From an uncultured delta proteobacterium (GTDB lineage Bacteria > Desulfobacterota > WTBG01 > CAIYCZ01 > CAIRTM01), in contig CAWDSQ010000022.1 in assembly GCA_963804955.1 (NCBI GenBank), positions 32,001 through 96,000 of the forward strand: a DNA stretch of 64,000 nucleotides, in the 5' to 3' direction. The stretch's first letter is position 1. Each line of letters begins with the position of its first letter. The translations under genes were made by a program, and so were the position numbers. Shown here in pieces: positions 63,135 to 64,000 of this stretch. Under the pieces are notes generated by a model. It worked only from the letters and a program-made list of their open reading frames with translations. It was not told where the DNA came from and did not search any database.

Positions 63135-64000
63135 ATGGCAAATCAGCTGTATGCAGACATAGCAAAACATACGCAGGGAAAGCATATTATGCTGGTAGGT
63201 TCTTCCGGTAATATCGGCGGGAAAGCCCTTTCAATACTTTTGCAATACGGGAAAGCCGCATCAATCACCGCCTTTGATAAAAGAGCGCCGAAAATAAAGG
63301 AACTTCCCGAATCGGTTAAAGTATGCAGCGGAGATCAGGGTGATATTACCAGTGCTGATGCGGTTGAAGCGGCGATGCAGGGCAATACGGTGGTCGTCTG
63401 CGCCATAGGCGTCCCCCGTTATTTAGCGCCGGGTGAGAAAAAGCTGACCCCTGATGAAATAGAGCGGCAGGGCATGCTGCATATTGTTGATGCGGCAAAA
63501 AAGACAGGGGTGCATCAGATTGTCTATATAAGCGCCCTGGGGGTTGCCCGGGGCGATAAGATTCCTGCATTTCATCTGGCGCACACAGCTAAAAGGCAGG
63601 CTGAGGATATGCTGAAAAAGTCTGGAATCGCCTATACGATTCTTCGGCCGTCAGGATATTATTTTGACTTTCGCGAGCTGCTGGCAGCGGCGGTTGCCGG
63701 AAGATATCATGTGGTTGATGAAGGTCTGGCGCGCGTTCAGCCGATTCATCATGAGGATATGGCCGATATTCTTATCGCATCAATCAACAACAAAAAAGTG
63801 GAGAAACAAGGTCATTGCCGTGGGCGGCCCTGAAATATTCTCCTATGCTGAGCTGGGTAAGGTGTTCGGTAGCGTGCTGCAGACCGAGGTTAATGTAATT
63901 CATTTAGCGCCTGAAAAGTACAAAAAAGAATATTTTAACAGTGATCTTATCCTGTTCAGAGCCACTTCGGATAGTATTCTGACCAAAGAAGAACTGAGCG
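63135..64000 (+). CDS. Atypical SDR / NAD(P)H-binding protein B (frameshift near 63810; runs off the window)
   Basis: LVGSSGNIG, GDIT, YISALG, AKRQAE, YTILRPSGYY, VQPIHHEDMA. Confidence 0.82.

Noticed and set aside
158..63833. Programmed frameshifting or selenocysteine recoding explaining split ORFs
   Set aside because: Breaks are frame changes at scattered non-slippery sites in unrelated genes, not in-frame TGA at Cys positions.

Overview
Bacterial DNA whose gene content suggests an anaerobic deltaproteobacterium (Desulfobacterota-like; inference). Dozens of single-base frameshifts, many explained by one extra C after a G, split genes across ORF-track frames and look like sequencing errors. 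1-6.6 kb: 3' half of a type II secretion operon (gspIJKLMD). 6.9-24 kb: mixed housekeeping and envelope genes (CorC/HlyC, MalY/PatB, radical SAM, EndoQ-like, YbaK, purC, GT4, WecA/MraY-like, MBL hydrolase), plus a candidate PhcB/PhcS-like signalling pair in which a PilZ-fused methyltransferase precedes a 6TM hybrid kinase. 24.2-64 kb: a divergently promoted redox island that runs off the right edge. It encodes an MMPL/DUF1302/DUF1329/YCF48 envelope module, eight paralogous geranylgeranyl-reductase/FixC-like flavoproteins, three stand-alone 2[4Fe-4S] ferredoxins, two NuoE/F/G-like modules with no catalytic subunit (one with bifurcating-type motifs, one divergent), a degenerate PorB/PorD pair, a FAD-oxidase/CCG/FAD-oxidase trio, two MarR regulators and two atypical SDRs. 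A 1.58-kb near-identical direct repeat (ferredoxin + flavoprotein) brackets the second NuoEFG module. This island is the best candidate for an undescribed system: anaerobic uptake and ferredoxin-driven reductive processing of a hydrophobic, polyunsaturated substrate. No rRNA, tRNA, CRISPR array or transposase was seen. All family assignments come from motif recognition by eye, not database searches.
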